Source of the DNA: Escherichia coli
GTDB taxonomy: Bacteria; Pseudomonadota; Gammaproteobacteria; Enterobacterales; Enterobacteriaceae
NCBI RefSeq assembly: GCF_003334385.1
Contig: NZ_QOWN01000001.1
Length of the DNA stretch: 64,000 nucleotides
Strand: one strand, 5' to 3'
A model generated the notes under the pieces. The model searched no databases and was not told where the DNA came from. It saw nothing but the letters and a program-made list of their open reading frames with translations. This document shows, one piece after another, positions 1 through 12,721 of the stretch (positions within the stretch are counted from its first letter, which is position 1; every line of letters begins with the position of its first letter). The translations under genes and the position numbers were made by a program.

Positions 1-1290
<1,290 letters not shown>

Positions 1291-1311
1291 TGGCGCTAAC
1301 CATGCGAGCGT

Positions 1312-1411
1312 GCCTGATGCGCTACGCTTATCAGGCCTACGAAAATCTTGCAATGTATTGAATTTTCATGATTTTGTAGGCCGGATAAGGCGTTCACGCC
1401 GCATCCGGCAA
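1312..1411. repeat. REP/BIME-type palindromic repeats
   Basis: Two inverted REP-like units (gcctgatgcgctacgcttatcaggcctac and gtaggccggataaggcgttcacgccgcatccggc) typical of E. coli intergenic BIMEs. Confidence 0.7.
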
Positions 1412-1422
1412 GAAGCTATAAG

Positions 1423-1456
1423 AAAAGGGCGGAGATCATCTCCGCCCTTTTTATTT
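1423..1456 (+). terminator. Rho-independent terminator downstream of gyrB
   Basis: GC-rich hairpin gggcggagatcatctccgccc followed by a T-run (tttttattt). Confidence 0.75.
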
Positions 1457-1529
1457 CTGCAATCCGCAATTATCATCCCGCAAATCTATACTTTTTGGGT
1501 CAACACGTAACGCTTTACAGGTGATTATC

Positions 1530-1928
1530 ATGGGGCTTTTTGATGAAGTTGTCGGTGCCTTTCTGAAAGGCGATGCGGGGAAATATCAGGCTATTTTAAG
1601 TTGGGTTGAGGAGCAGGGCGGCATTCAGGTGCTGCTGGAAAAACTGCAAAGTGGCGGCTTAGGGGCCATTCTCTCAACCTGGCTGAGTAATCAACAGGGC
1701 AATCAATCGGTTAGTGGCGAGCAACTGGAATCGGCGCTCGGCACAAATGCGGTGTCCGATCTCGGGCAAAAACTTGGCGTGGATACCAGTACAGCTTCCA
1801 GTTTACTGGCAGAACAATTGCCGAAGATTATTGATGCGCTCTCACCGCAAGGTGAAGTGTCACCACAAGCCAATAACGATCTGCTTTCCGCAGGCATGGA
1901 ACTGCTGAAAGGGAAACTCTTCCGCTAA
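1530..1928 (+). CDS. yidB: Uncharacterised protein YidB (DUF937)
   Basis: ORF 1521-1928; start moved to MGLFDEVVG (132 aa), matching recalled YidB; conserved position after gyrB. Confidence 0.85.
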   Translation: MGLFDEVVGAFLKGDAGKYQAILSWVEEQGGIQVLLEKLQSGGLGAILSTWLSNQQGNQSVSGEQLESALGTNAVSDLGQKLGVDTSTASSLLAEQLPKIIDALSPQGEVSPQANNDLLSAGMELLKGKLFR

Positions 1929-2042
1929 GCAAAAAGGGAGCACGCAACGCGCGTTGCATCCCCCTTTTCCCTCGGGTGTTGTACTGATTTTTGAGCGGAA
2001 TCGCGTTAGCATGGGTCAGGAACCAATCTACCTGGGGAACTC

Positions 2043-2855
2043 ATGGCTATTAAACTCATTGCTATCGATATGGATGGCACCCTTCTGCTGCCCGATCACA
2101 CCATTTCACCCGCCGTTAAAAATGCGATTGCCGCAGCTCGCGCCCGTGGCGTGAATGTCGTGCTAACGACGGGTCGCCCGTATGCAGGTGTGCACAACTA
2201 CCTGAAAGAGCTGCATATGGAACAGCCGGGCGACTACTGCATTACTTATAACGGCGCGCTGGTACAGAAGGCCGCTGATGGTAGCACCGTGGCGCAAACT
2301 GCTCTCAGCTATGACGACTATCGTTTCCTGGAAAAACTCTCTCGCGAAGTCGGTTCTCATTTCCACGCCCTGGACCGCACCACGCTGTACACCGCCAACC
2401 GTGATATCAGCTACTACACGGTGCATGAATCCTTCGTTGCCACCATTCCGCTGGTGTTCTGCGAAGCGGAGAAAATGGACCCCAATACCCAGTTCCTGAA
2501 AGTGATGATGATTGATGAACCCGCCATCCTCGACCAGGCTATCGCGCGTATTCCGCAGGAAGTGAAAGAGAAATATACCGTGCTGAAAAGTGCGCCGTAC
2601 TTCCTCGAAATCCTCGATAAACGCGTTAACAAAGGTACGGGGGTGAAATCACTGGCCGACGTGTTAGGTATTAAACCGGAAGAAATCATGGCGATTGGCG
2701 ATCAGGAAAACGATATCGCAATGATTGAATATGCAGGCGTCGGTGTGGCGATGGATAACGCTATTCCTTCAGTGAAAGAAGTGGCGAACTTTGTCACCAA
2801 ATCTAACCTTGAAGATGGCGTGGCGTTTGCTATTGAGAAGTATGTGCTGAATTAA
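2043..2855 (+). CDS. yidA: HAD-superfamily sugar phosphatase (Cof-type)
   Basis: 270 aa; HAD motifs (IAIDMDGTLL N-terminal DxD, C-terminal GDQENDIAM); synteny. Confidence 0.9.
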   Translation: MAIKLIAIDMDGTLLLPDHTISPAVKNAIAAARARGVNVVLTTGRPYAGVHNYLKELHMEQPGDYCITYNGALVQKAADGSTVAQTALSYDDYRFLEKLSREVGSHFHALDRTTLYTANRDISYYTVHESFVATIPLVFCEAEKMDPNTQFLKVMMIDEPAILDQAIARIPQEVKEKYTVLKSAPYFLEILDKRVNKGTGVKSLADVLGIKPEEIMAIGDQENDIAMIEYAGVGVAMDNAIPSVKEVANFVTKSNLEDGVAFAIEKYVLN

Positions 2856-2900
2856 TCTGTGGGCGGGCAAACAGCATAAACGCGTTTGCCCGCTTACTGA

Positions 2901-3557
2901 TTATTGGTTTACTGCATATACAACCAGAAATTGCAGCGGTGCAGTAATGATGTCCAGCGTAACAGTCACTGGCAGTAATGCTGCGGAAACACCATCCGGA
3001 ATGCCTCTGGGTGAATAGTATTCATAAAATCGCACTTTAAATGGATGGTAGAACGCCATCACCTTTGAGTAATCCATGTTTTTATTTTTCTCATGGATTG
3101 TGCCTTTTAGGTTTTCCAGTGACCTGGTACAGTGTTGAACACCACAGGCAAAACCATAATGCGTTGCCAGTGCCTTTTCTTCTTCGTTATTCCAGTAGTA
3201 GTAAAGCGATATTGTGCCGGTAAATTTCTTTTTCCCCGCATTTAAAACAAATCTTGCGTCATCGGCAACCTGAATATTGTGCCGGTTAAGTGCTGGATCA
3301 TTGAGCATCTTAACGATGTCATCGGCACCATCAGTGATAAGGTAATCCAGCGATTCCCCTACAAAAACATAGCCTTTTGTTCCATTACTATCTTTTGCCT
3401 GCGATAGCCCAGTGATGGTGTCTGACTGCGATTGATACTTTCCTGAACTACCCTTTGCGGTATGGGAAACCAGAGCATACGAGATACAGCCTGAAAGCAT
3501 CAGCGCCAGTGGGAATAAACCGGCAGCCTTAAAAAATCCCTTAAAATTCAACTTCAT
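2901..3557 (-). CDS. yidX: Lipoprotein YidX
   Basis: ORF 2901-3674; likely start at MKLNFKGFF (218 aa) with a lipobox (LSGC); synteny. Confidence 0.8.
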
Positions 3558-3693
3558 GATTAATCCTTTAAACGAGTAGCTAAGCCGTTGAAAGCATACT
3601 CTTCTTTCCCTCCTGTTTAGCGCCTGATATCCCTTTTCAGATTTCTGCCCGACGCATGTCATTTTTTTATGCATTGTTCTTTTTGTGATCTAA

Positions 3694-3726
3694 ATTGTAG
3701 TACAACAATATAAGTTTGTACTACAT
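3694..3726. promoter_or_regulatory. dgo operator: inverted repeat TTGTAGTACAA-N9-TTGTACTACA (probable DgoR binding sites)
   Basis: Near-perfect inverted repeat directly upstream of dgoR; a third half-site (ggtactacaaa) lies at 3760-3770. GntR/FadR-family operators are typically such palindromes. Confidence 0.6.
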
Positions 3727-3834
3727 TACACGCACGGCAAACGCGAACGTCATCACGCTGGTACTACAAAGTTGCCGCGTTATGCATCGATCGGGGTAAA
3801 GTAGAGAAGAACATACAGAGCACAAGGACTCTCC

Positions 3835-4524
3835 ATGACTCTCAATAAAACCGATCGCATTGTCATTACGCTGGGTAAACAGATCGTTCACGGCAAATAC
3901 GTGCCAGGCTCGCCGCTTCCGGCTGAGGCGGAACTCTGTGAGGAGTTTGCAACCTCGCGCAACATCATCCGTGAGGTGTTCCGTTCGCTGATGGCGAAGC
4001 GGCTGATTGAAATGAAACGTTATCGCGGGGCGTTTGTGGCACCGCGTAACCAGTGGAATTACCTCGACACTGACGTACTGCAATGGGTGCTGGAAAATGA
4101 CTACGACCCACGGCTTATCAGTGCCATGAGCGAAGTGCGAAATCTGGTGGAACCGGCGATTGCCCGTTGGGCAGCAGAGCGCGCGACTTCCAGCGATCTG
4201 GCGCAGATTGAATCGGCGCTGAACGAGATGATTGCCAACAATCAGGACCGCGAAGCGTTTAACGAAGCGGATATTCGCTACCACGAGGCGGTGCTGCAGT
4301 CGGTGCATAACCCGGTGTTACAGCAACTTAGCATTGCGATCAGTTCGCTGCAGCGGGCGGTTTTTGAACGAACCTGGATGGGCGATGAGGCCAACATGCC
4401 GCAAACGCTCCAGGAACATAAGGCGCTGTTCGATGCGATACGACATCAGGACGGCGATGCGGCAGAGCAGGCGGCGCTTACCATGATCGCCAGCTCGACA
4501 CGAAGGTTAAAGGAAATCACATGA
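3835..4524 (+). CDS. dgoR: GntR/FadR-family transcriptional repressor of the galactonate operon
   Basis: 229 aa with an N-terminal GntR HTH; first gene of the dgoRKADT cluster. Confidence 0.9.
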   Translation: MTLNKTDRIVITLGKQIVHGKYVPGSPLPAEAELCEEFATSRNIIREVFRSLMAKRLIEMKRYRGAFVAPRNQWNYLDTDVLQWVLENDYDPRLISAMSEVRNLVEPAIARWAAERATSSDLAQIESALNEMIANNQDREAFNEADIRYHEAVLQSVHNPVLQQLSIAISSLQRAVFERTWMGDEANMPQTLQEHKALFDAIRHQDGDAAEQAALTMIASSTRRLKEIT

Positions 4525-5399
4525 CAGCTCGCTACATCGCAATTGACTGGGGATCGACCAATCTGCGCGCCTGGCTTTATCAGGGCGACCACTGCCTGGA
4601 GAGCAGGCAATCAGAAGCAGGCGTCACGCGCCTGAACGGAAAATCTCCGGCTGCGGTGTTAGCAGAAGTCACGACCGACTGGCGTGAAGAGAAAACGCCA
4701 GTGGTAATGGCAGGAATGGTTGGCAGCAACGTCGGCTGGAAAGTTGCACCGTATTTATCTGTTCCTGCCTGTTTTTCGTCTATTGGCGAACAATTAACGT
4801 CAGTTGGCGACAATATCTGGATTATTCCCGGATTATGTGTCTCTCATGACGATAACCACAATGTGATGCGCGGCGAAGAAACACAATTGATCGGCGCGCG
4901 AGCTCTGGCTCCTTCCTCTCTTTATGTCATGCCCGGAACCCATTGCAAATGGGTGCAGGCCGATAGCCAGCAAATCAACGATTTTCGCACCGTGATGACC
5001 GGTGAATTACATCATTTACTGTTAAATCACTCATTGATTGGCGCAGGTTTGCCGCCGCAGGAAAACTCTGCCGATGCCTTCACAGCTGGCCTTGAGCGTG
5101 GTCTTAATACGCCCGCCATATTGCCGCAGCTTTTTGAAGTTCGCGCCTCGCATGTGCTGGGAACACTTCCCCGCGAACAGGTCAGCGAATTTCTCTCTGG
5201 TTTGTTGATTGGCGCAGAGGTCGCCAGTATGCGCGACTATGTGGCCCATCAACACGCCATCACCCTTGTCGCCGGAACATCGCTGACCGCGCGCTACCAG
5301 CAAGCCTTTCAGGCGATGGGTTGCGACGTGACGGCGGTGGCGGGCGACACGGCATTTCAGGCTGGTATAAGGAGCATCGCTCATGCAGTGGCAAACTAA
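4521..5399 (+). CDS. dgoK: 2-dehydro-3-deoxygalactonokinase
   Basis: 292 aa; overlapping start/stop with neighbours, operon context. Confidence 0.9.
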   Translation: MTARYIAIDWGSTNLRAWLYQGDHCLESRQSEAGVTRLNGKSPAAVLAEVTTDWREEKTPVVMAGMVGSNVGWKVAPYLSVPACFSSIGEQLTSVGDNIWIIPGLCVSHDDNHNVMRGEETQLIGARALAPSSLYVMPGTHCKWVQADSQQINDFRTVMTGELHHLLLNHSLIGAGLPPQENSADAFTAGLERGLNTPAILPQLFEVRASHVLGTLPREQVSEFLSGLLIGAEVASMRDYVAHQHAITLVAGTSLTARYQQAFQAMGCDVTAVAGDTAFQAGIRSIAHAVAN

Positions 5400-6000
5400 A
5401 CTCCCGCTGATCGCCATTTTGCGCGGTATTACGCCCGACGAGGCGCTGGCGCATGTTGGCGCGGTGATTGACGCCGGGTTCGACGCGGTTGAAATCCCGC
5501 TGAATTCCCCACAATGGGAGCAAAGCATTCCCGCCATCGTTGATGCGTACGGCGACAAGGCGTTGATTGGCGCAGGTACGGTACTGAAACCTGAACAGGT
5601 CGATGCGCTCGCCAGGATGGGCTGTCAGCTCATCGTTACGCCCAATATCCATAGTGAAGTGATCCGCCGTGCGGTGGGCTACGGCATGACCGTCTGCCCC
5701 GGCTGCGCGACGGCGACCGAAGCCTTTACCGCGCTCGAAGCGGGCGCGCAGGCGCTGAAAATATTTCCGTCATCGGCTTTTGGTCCGCAATACATCAAAG
5801 CGTTAAAAGCGGTATTGCCATCGGACATCGCAGTCTTTGCCGTTGGCGGCGTGACGCCAGAAAACCTGGCGCAGTGGATAGACGCAGGTTGTGCAGGGGC
5901 GGGCTTAGGCAGCGATCTCTATCGCGCCGGGCAATCCGTAGAGCGCACCGCGCAGCAGGCAGCAGCATTTGTTAAGGCGTATCGAGAGGCAGTGCAATGA
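5383..6000 (+). CDS. dgoA: 2-dehydro-3-deoxy-6-phosphogalactonate aldolase
   Basis: 205 aa, KDPG-aldolase-like; operon context. Confidence 0.9.
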
Positions 6001-7145
6001 AAATCACCAAAATTACCACGTATCGTTTACCTCCCCGCTGGATGTTCCTGAAAATTGAAACCGATGAAGGCGTGGTCGGTTGGGGCGAGCCCGTGATCGA
6101 AGGCCGCGCCCGTACGGTGGAAGCGGCAGTTCACGAGCTGGGTGACTATTTGATTGGTCAGGATCCATCGCGCATCAATGACTTATGGCAAGTGATGTAT
6201 CGCGCCGGATTCTATCGCGGCGGTCCGATCCTGATGAGCGCCATCGCCGGGATTGACCAGGCGTTATGGGATATCAAAGGTAAAGTGCTGAATGCGCCGG
6301 TCTGGCAACTGATGGGCGGCCTGGTTCGCGACAAAATTAAAGCCTACAGTTGGGTTGGCGGCGATCGTCCGGCGGATGTTATCGACGGCATTAAAACGCT
6401 ACGCGAAATCGGCTTCGATACCTTCAAACTGAACGGTTGTGAAGAACTGGGGCTAATTGATAACTCCCGCGCGGTAGATGCGGCGGTTAACACCGTGGCA
6501 CAAATTCGTGAAGCTTTTGGCAATCAGATTGAGTTTGGTCTTGATTTCCACGGTCGCGTCAGCGCGCCGATGGCGAAAGTGCTGATTAAAGAACTGGAGC
6601 CGTATCGCCCGCTGTTTATTGAGGAGCCGGTGCTGGCGGAACAAGCCGAATACTACCCGAAACTGGCGGCACAAACGCATATTCCACTGGCGGCGGGTGA
6701 ACGCATGTTCTCACGCTTCGATTTTAAACGCGTGCTGGAGGCAGGTGGTATTTCGATTCTGCAACCGGATCTCTCCCACGCGGGCGGTATTACCGAATGC
6801 TACAAAATCGCCGGAATGGCAGAAGCCTATGACGTGACCCTTGCGCCGCACTGTCCGCTCGGACCGATTGCACTGGCGGCTTGCCTGCATATCGACTTTG
6901 TTTCCTATAACGCCGTACTTCAGGAACAAAGTATGGGAATTCATTACAACAAAGGCGCGGAGTTACTCGACTTTGTGAAAAACAAAGAAGACTTCAGCAT
7001 GGTCGGCGGCTTCTTTAAACCGTTAACGAAACCGGGCTTAGGCGTGGAAATCGACGAAGCTAAAGTGATTGAGTTCAGTAAAAATGCCCCGGACTGGCGT
7101 AATCCGCTCTGGCGTCATGAAGATAACAGCGTAGCAGAGTGGTAA
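5997..7145 (+). CDS. dgoD: D-galactonate dehydratase (enolase superfamily)
   Basis: 382 aa; enolase-superfamily signature, operon context. Confidence 0.92.
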
Positions 7146-7264
7146 TTCCTGCCACGTAAGCCCCTCATCGGGCACTAAAACAGCAATACAAAAATATAAC
7201 CCTCTGTAAATTACAGGGCATGGTGAGCGGCTTCGCTATGCCCAAAATCTGGAGAAAGCTCGCT

Positions 7265-8557
7265 ATGGATATTCCCGTTAATGCAGCAAAGCCGGGGCGT
7301 CGGCGTTATCTGACGCTGGTGATGATCTTTATTACGGTAGTCATTTGTTATGTCGACCGCGCCAACCTGGCCGTGGCTTCCGCCCATATTCAGGAAGAGT
7401 TCGGCATTACCAAAGCGGAAATGGGCTATGTATTTTCGGCCTTCGCCTGGCTTTATACGCTATGTCAGATCCCCGGCGGTTGGTTTTTAGATCGCGTAGG
7501 TTCTCGCGTGACTTATTTTATTGCGATATTTGGCTGGTCAGTGGCGACTTTATTCCAGGGCTTTGCCACGGGCTTAATGTCATTAATTGGTCTGCGCGCG
7601 ATAACCGGTATTTTCGAAGCGCCTGCTTTCCCGACCAATAACCGGATGGTGACCAGCTGGTTCCCGGAACATGAACGCGCTTCTGCCGTTGGTTTTTATA
7701 CGTCTGGTCAGTTTGTCGGTCTGGCGTTTCTGACGCCGCTGCTGATCTGGATTCAGGAGATGTTGAGCTGGCACTGGGTGTTCATTGTCACTGGTGGTAT
7801 CGGCATTATCTGGTCGCTGATTTGGTTTAAGGTTTATCAGCCGCCGCGCCTGACCAAAGGTATCAGCAAAGCTGAACTGGATTACATTCGTGATGGCGGC
7901 GGTCTGGTGGATGGTGATGCGCCGGTGAAGAAAGAGGCGCGTCAGCCGTTAACAGCCAAAGACTGGAAACTGGTGTTCCATCGTAAACTGATCGGCGTTT
8001 ATCTTGGGCAATTTGCGGTGGCTTCTACACTGTGGTTTTTCTTAACCTGGTTCCCGAACTATTTAACCCAGGAAAAAGGAATCACGGCGCTGAAAGCAGG
8101 CTTTATGACCACGGTGCCATTCCTCGCGGCGTTTGTCGGCGTCCTGCTCTCTGGCTGGGTAGCGGATCTGCTGGTACGTAAGGGCTTTTCACTGGGCTTT
8201 GCGCGTAAAACGCCGATTATCTGCGGCTTGCTGATCTCCACCTGCATTATGGGCGCTAACTACACTAACGATCCGATGATGATTATGTGCCTGATGGCGC
8301 TGGCATTCTTCGGTAACGGTTTTGCTTCGATTACCTGGTCGCTGGTTTCTTCTCTGGCACCGATGCGCCTGATTGGTTTAACCGGCGGCGTGTTTAACTT
8401 CGCCGGTGGTCTGGGCGGCATCACCGTTCCGCTGGTGGTGGGGTACCTGGCGCAGGGTTACGGTTTCGCACCTGCACTGGTTTATATCTCCGCCGTCGCG
8501 TTGATTGGCGCGCTCTCTTATATCCTGCTGGTGGGCGATGTGAAGCGCGTTGGCTAA
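7265..8557 (+). CDS. dgoT: D-galactonate:H+ symporter (MFS)
   Basis: ORF 7220-8557; start moved to MDIPVNAAK (430 aa); multi-pass MFS transporter. Confidence 0.88.
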
Positions 8558-9618
8558 TCCTTCAACTGTGGAATATGTGCCACACCACTGCGCATAATCC
8601 ACTTTCTTAAAGCCGGTGCGGTCAGGCATCGGCTTTTTACTATCTTGCCGAAGAGTTTTAAACGCAGTTTGCGGGTGGCGCGCCAGTAAGCGGTATTGAG
8701 CTTCTCTGGCTGCTTCAGTAACACCGAACGCAGAATGTCTGTGCTATCCAGCGCATAGCTAATCCCCTCCAGCGAGCTGGCGCTGATAAATCCCGCCGCT
8801 TCACCAATCAGAAAGGCGTTGTCCTTACCGCAGACAAAATCCTGCCAGCGCGAGGGAAACAGCACCGTGCATTTTTCGCTTTTCACCGTCTTACCAAACT
8901 GGAACTGAAAGGCGCTCATTTTCTCTTTCAGCGTCGTGAAACGCGTCTGACCGTCTTTCATTGGATAGGCACCGCCAAAGATAAAATAACCGTCTTTGCT
9001 GATACTCCATGAATAACAGTTAGTTATCGAATTATCAAAGATGCAGGAGTAGAACGGCACCGGATGTTTCTCCGCGAACCACTGCTGGATAGCGACATAT
9101 TTACGGATTTGATGATCCGGGTAGAGATGTCGCCGCACCATCGAGTTTGCGCCATCGGCACCGACCAGATAGCGGGCGGTAATATGTTGCTCCCAGCCGT
9201 CTGCACGAAAAATGACATGCCATTTATCATCCTCACGCCAGATTTTTCGGCACAGGCTGTCGTGATAAACCTCAACGCTGGCGGGGATCAGCGATTTCAT
9301 CCACAAGTCGAAAGCATGGCGATTAATATTGATATAGCTTCGCTGGTAGTTACGCGTGAGCGATGCGGCGACGTCGACGGTTTTGACGCTGAAAATCTGC
9401 GGATTAGCGATCACATCGACAGGAAGCGTCAGCCCATCGCGAATAAAAGATCGCTGCGCGTCCGGTGCCAGCAGACCGCCGCAGGGTTTGCTGAAACCTT
9501 CAGTACCACACTGGTGCTTTTTATCCAGCGCGATCACCTGCATTTTGCCTGCTAACTTTCGTGCCAACGCCGATCCTGCCGGGCCGAGGCCAATAATCGC
9601 CACGTCGAAATGTTCCAT
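8554..9618 (-). CDS. cbrA: FAD-binding flavoprotein CbrA (colicin E2 tolerance)
   Basis: ORF 8554-9639; start at [15 protein letters not shown] (Rossmann GxGxxG), 354 aa; synteny. Confidence 0.85.
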
Positions 9619-9685
9619 CTTTTCACTCACATTCATCACGATGGCAAAAGACTATTGTCTGAAAGTGAAGTCCTTGTGAAGTATG

Positions 9686-10933
9686 ATGGCGGGACCCGTT
9701 TTGTATCAGGACCGCGCCATGAAACAGATAACCTTTGCTCCCCGTAATCACCTGCTCACCAATACCAATACCTGGACGCCCGACAGCCAGTGGCTGGTAT
9801 TTGACGTGCGTCCTTCTGGCGCGTCGTTTACCGGCGAGACCATTGAGCGTGTGAATATCCATACCGGCGAGGTCGAGGTTATCTATCGCGCGTCACAGGG
9901 CGCACACGTCGGCGTGGTGACCGTTCATCCGAAGTCAGAGAAATATGTTTTCATCCACGGCCCGGAAAATCCTGATGAAACATGGCATTACGACTTCCAT
10001 CATCGGCGCGGAGTGATTGTTGAAGGCGGCAAGATGAGTAACCTTGATGCGATGGATATTACCGCGCCGTATACGCCAGGAGTGCTGCGCGGCGGCAGCC
10101 ATGTGCATGTCTTTAGCCCGAACGGTGAAAGGGTGAGCTTTACCTATAACGACCATGTAATGCATGAACTCGATCCGGCGCTGGATTTGCGAAACGTCGG
10201 TGTTGCTGCGCCGTTTGGCCCGGTCAACGTACAAAAGCAGCATCCGCGTGAATACAGCGGTAGCCACTGGTGCGTGCTGGTGAGCAAAACCACGCCCACG
10301 CCACAGCCTGGCAGTGATGAAATCAATCGTGCTTATGAAGAAGGATGGGTAGGAAATCACGCGCTGGCATTTATTGGCGACACACTTTCGCCAAAGGGCG
10401 AGAAAGTGCCGGAGCTGTTTATCGTTGAGTTACCGCAAGATGAAGCTGGCTGGAAAGCGGCAGGTGATGCGCCGTTAAGCGGAACGGAAACAACCCTGCC
10501 CGCGCCACCGCGTGGCGTCGTGCAGCGACGTTTAACCTTTACCCACCATCGGGCTTATCCGGGGTTAGTCAACGTCCCGCGCCACTGGGTGCGCTGTAAT
10601 CCGCAGGGTACACAAATCGCGTTTTTAATGCGAGATGATAACGGCATTGTGCAACTGTGGCTTATCTCGCCACAGGGCGGCGAGCCGCGCCAGTTAACCC
10701 ATAACAAAACGGATATTCAGTCTGCATTTAACTGGCATCCGTCAGGAGAATGGTTGGGCTTTGTGCTGGATAATCGAATTGCTTGTGCCCATGCGCAAAG
10801 CGGCGAGGTTGAGTATTTAACCGAACACCACGCCAATTCACCTTCTGCGGACGCCGTGGTCTTCTCGCCGGATGGTCAGTGGCTGGCGTGGATGGAAGGC
10901 GGCCAGCTGTGGATCACCGAAACTGATCGCTAA
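9686..10933 (+). CDS. yidR: Uncharacterised protein YidR (DUF3748, beta-propeller-like)
   Basis: ORF 9683-10933 (about 415 aa); synteny between cbrA and yidQ. Confidence 0.8.
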   Translation: MAGPVLYQDRAMKQITFAPRNHLLTNTNTWTPDSQWLVFDVRPSGASFTGETIERVNIHTGEVEVIYRASQGAHVGVVTVHPKSEKYVFIHGPENPDETWHYDFHHRRGVIVEGGKMSNLDAMDITAPYTPGVLRGGSHVHVFSPNGERVSFTYNDHVMHELDPALDLRNVGVAAPFGPVNVQKQHPREYSGSHWCVLVSKTTPTPQPGSDEINRAYEEGWVGNHALAFIGDTLSPKGEKVPELFIVELPQDEAGWKAAGDAPLSGTETTLPAPPRGVVQRRLTFTHHRAYPGLVNVPRHWVRCNPQGTQIAFLMRDDNGIVQLWLISPQGGEPRQLTHNKTDIQSAFNWHPSGEWLGFVLDNRIACAHAQSGEVEYLTEHHANSPSADAVVFSPDGQWLAWMEGGQLWITETDR

Positions 10934-10934
10934 A

Positions 10935-11267
10935 TCAGTTATCAGGCATTCTGGCCGGTGGAATAACCGCATTGGTGGCTTGCGCGTTGGCTTCGCTTTT
11001 TTCAACGCGCGAGCGCACCGAGCTGTCTTTGCGGAACACATCCCACGGCAGTAAAAGCGTGTCCATCACAGCGGTAAACGGCATATCGAGAATCGCCAGC
11101 GACTTAGTGCCCCAGTTGGTTTCATCGTCGCCAATCATGGTTGCGCTGGCGCGGGTGCCGGGATACGTTCCTTCTTTCCCTCCGGTATGGGACATCACGC
11201 TGGAGCATCCTCCGAGTAATGTCATTCCGCTGCATATCATGAACGCTAACAACACATTTCTTATCAT
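10935..11267 (-). CDS. yidQ: Lipoprotein YidQ (DUF1375)
   Basis: ORF 10935-11342; likely start MIRNVLLAFMICSGMTLLGGCSS (lipobox), 110 aa. Confidence 0.8.
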   Translation of the reverse strand: MIRNVLLAFMICSGMTLLGGCSSVMSHTGGKEGTYPGTRASATMIGDDETNWGTKSLAILDMPFTAVMDTLLLPWDVFRKDSSVRSRVEKSEANAQATNAVIPPARMPDN

Positions 11268-11441
11268 AATAAATTCATCTGTTGATCGTGGGTGTTGGCC
11301 TGATGAGTTATAGCGATCCCTTGCTGAAAATAACATCATCATTACGTCGCACTGTGGCGGCTATCGCACTTTAACGTTTCGTGCTGCCCCCTCAGTCTAT
11401 GCAATAGACCATAAACTGCAAAAAAAAGTCCGCTGATAAGG

Positions 11442-11471
11442 CTTGAAAAGTTCATTTCCAGACCCATTTTT
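11442..11471 (+). promoter_or_regulatory. Sigma-32 heat-shock promoter of ibpA
   Basis: cTTGAAAa -35 and gaCCCATtTt -10 with about 14-bp spacing match the sigma-32 consensus (CTTGAAA / CCCCATNT); the long 5' UTR that follows is consistent with the known ibpA RNA thermometer. Confidence 0.7.
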
Positions 11472-11572
11472 ACATCGTAGCCGATGAGGACGCGCCTGAT
11501 GGGTGTTCTGGCTACCTGACCTGTCCATTGTGGAAGGTCTTACATTCTCGCTGATTTCAGGAGCTATTGATT

Positions 11573-11986
11573 ATGCGTAACTTTGATTTATCCCCGCTTT
11601 ACCGTTCTGCTATTGGATTTGACCGTTTGTTTAACCACTTAGAAAACAACCAGAGCCAGAGTAATGGCGGCTACCCTCCGTATAACGTTGAACTGGTAGA
11701 CGAAAACCATTACCGCATTGCTATCGCTGTGGCTGGTTTTGCTGAGAGCGAACTGGAAATTACCGCCCAGGATAATCTGCTGGTGGTGAAAGGTGCTCAC
11801 GCCGACGAACAAAAAGAGCGCACCTATCTGTACCAGGGCATCGCTGAACGCAACTTTGAACGCAAATTCCAGTTAGCTGAGAACATTCATGTTCGTGGTG
11901 CTAACCTGGTAAATGGTTTGCTGTATATCGATCTCGAACGCGTGATTCCGGAAGCGAAAAAACCGCGCCGTATCGAAATCAACTAA
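11573..11986 (+). CDS. ibpA: Small heat-shock protein IbpA (alpha-crystallin family)
   Basis: ORF 11567-11986; start [12 protein letters not shown], 137 aa. Confidence 0.95.
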
Positions 11987-12097
11987 TTCCCTAAGGCCGC
12001 CTGGCGCGGCCTGACATCTCCATGCTCGCCGTCAGGGAGCATATGCGAATCTTCGGATTTGCAGGTACTTACTCGCTTCTTAGAAGGAGAAATGACT

Positions 12098-12526
12098 ATG
12101 CGTAACTTCGATTTATCCCCACTGATGCGTCAATGGATCGGTTTTGACAAACTGGCCAACGCACTGCAAAACGCCGGTGAAAGCCAGAGCTTCCCGCCGT
12201 ACAACATTGAGAAAAGCGACGATAACCACTACCGCATTACCCTTGCGCTGGCAGGTTTCCGTCAGGAAGATTTAGAGATTCAACTGGAAGGTACGCGCCT
12301 GAGCGTAAAAGGCACGCCGGAGCAGCCAAAAGAAGAGAAAAAATGGCTGCATCAAGGGCTTATGAATCAGCCATTTAGCCTGAGCTTTACGCTGGCTGAA
12401 AATATGGAAGTCTCTGGCGCAACCTTCGTAAACGGTTTACTGCATATTGATTTAATTCGTAATGAGCCTGAACCCATCGCAGCGCAGCGTATCGCTATCA
12501 GCGAACGTCCCGCGTTAAATAGCTAA
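12098..12526 (+). CDS. ibpB: Small heat-shock protein IbpB
   Basis: ORF 12059-12526; start [12 protein letters not shown], 142 aa; paralogue of ibpA immediately downstream. Confidence 0.95.
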
Positions 12527-12539
12527 CTAGCTATTCTCT

Positions 12540-12570
12540 TTGCCCCGCCATTCTGGTGGGGCTTTTTTTG
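12540..12570 (+). terminator. Probable Rho-independent terminator after ibpB
   Basis: Hairpin gccccgccattctggtggggc followed by ttttttt. Confidence 0.6.
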
Positions 12571-12721
12571 TCTTACTTACTCAACAATGCGTTAAATTTC
12601 GACTGTTTAAGATATTTCGGCACGTTCTTTCCCGTGATAATGTGCGCTATAAGGCAAATCTGCTTCACCGATTCAGCCATAATCCGTAGCAATTAAAATG
12701 TTATCTCAAGAGAAATGGACG

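Noticed and set aside
1310-1510. 66-aa plus-strand ORF between gyrB and yidB
   Set aside because: It is composed of the REP palindromes and the gyrB terminator hairpin; it is not coding.
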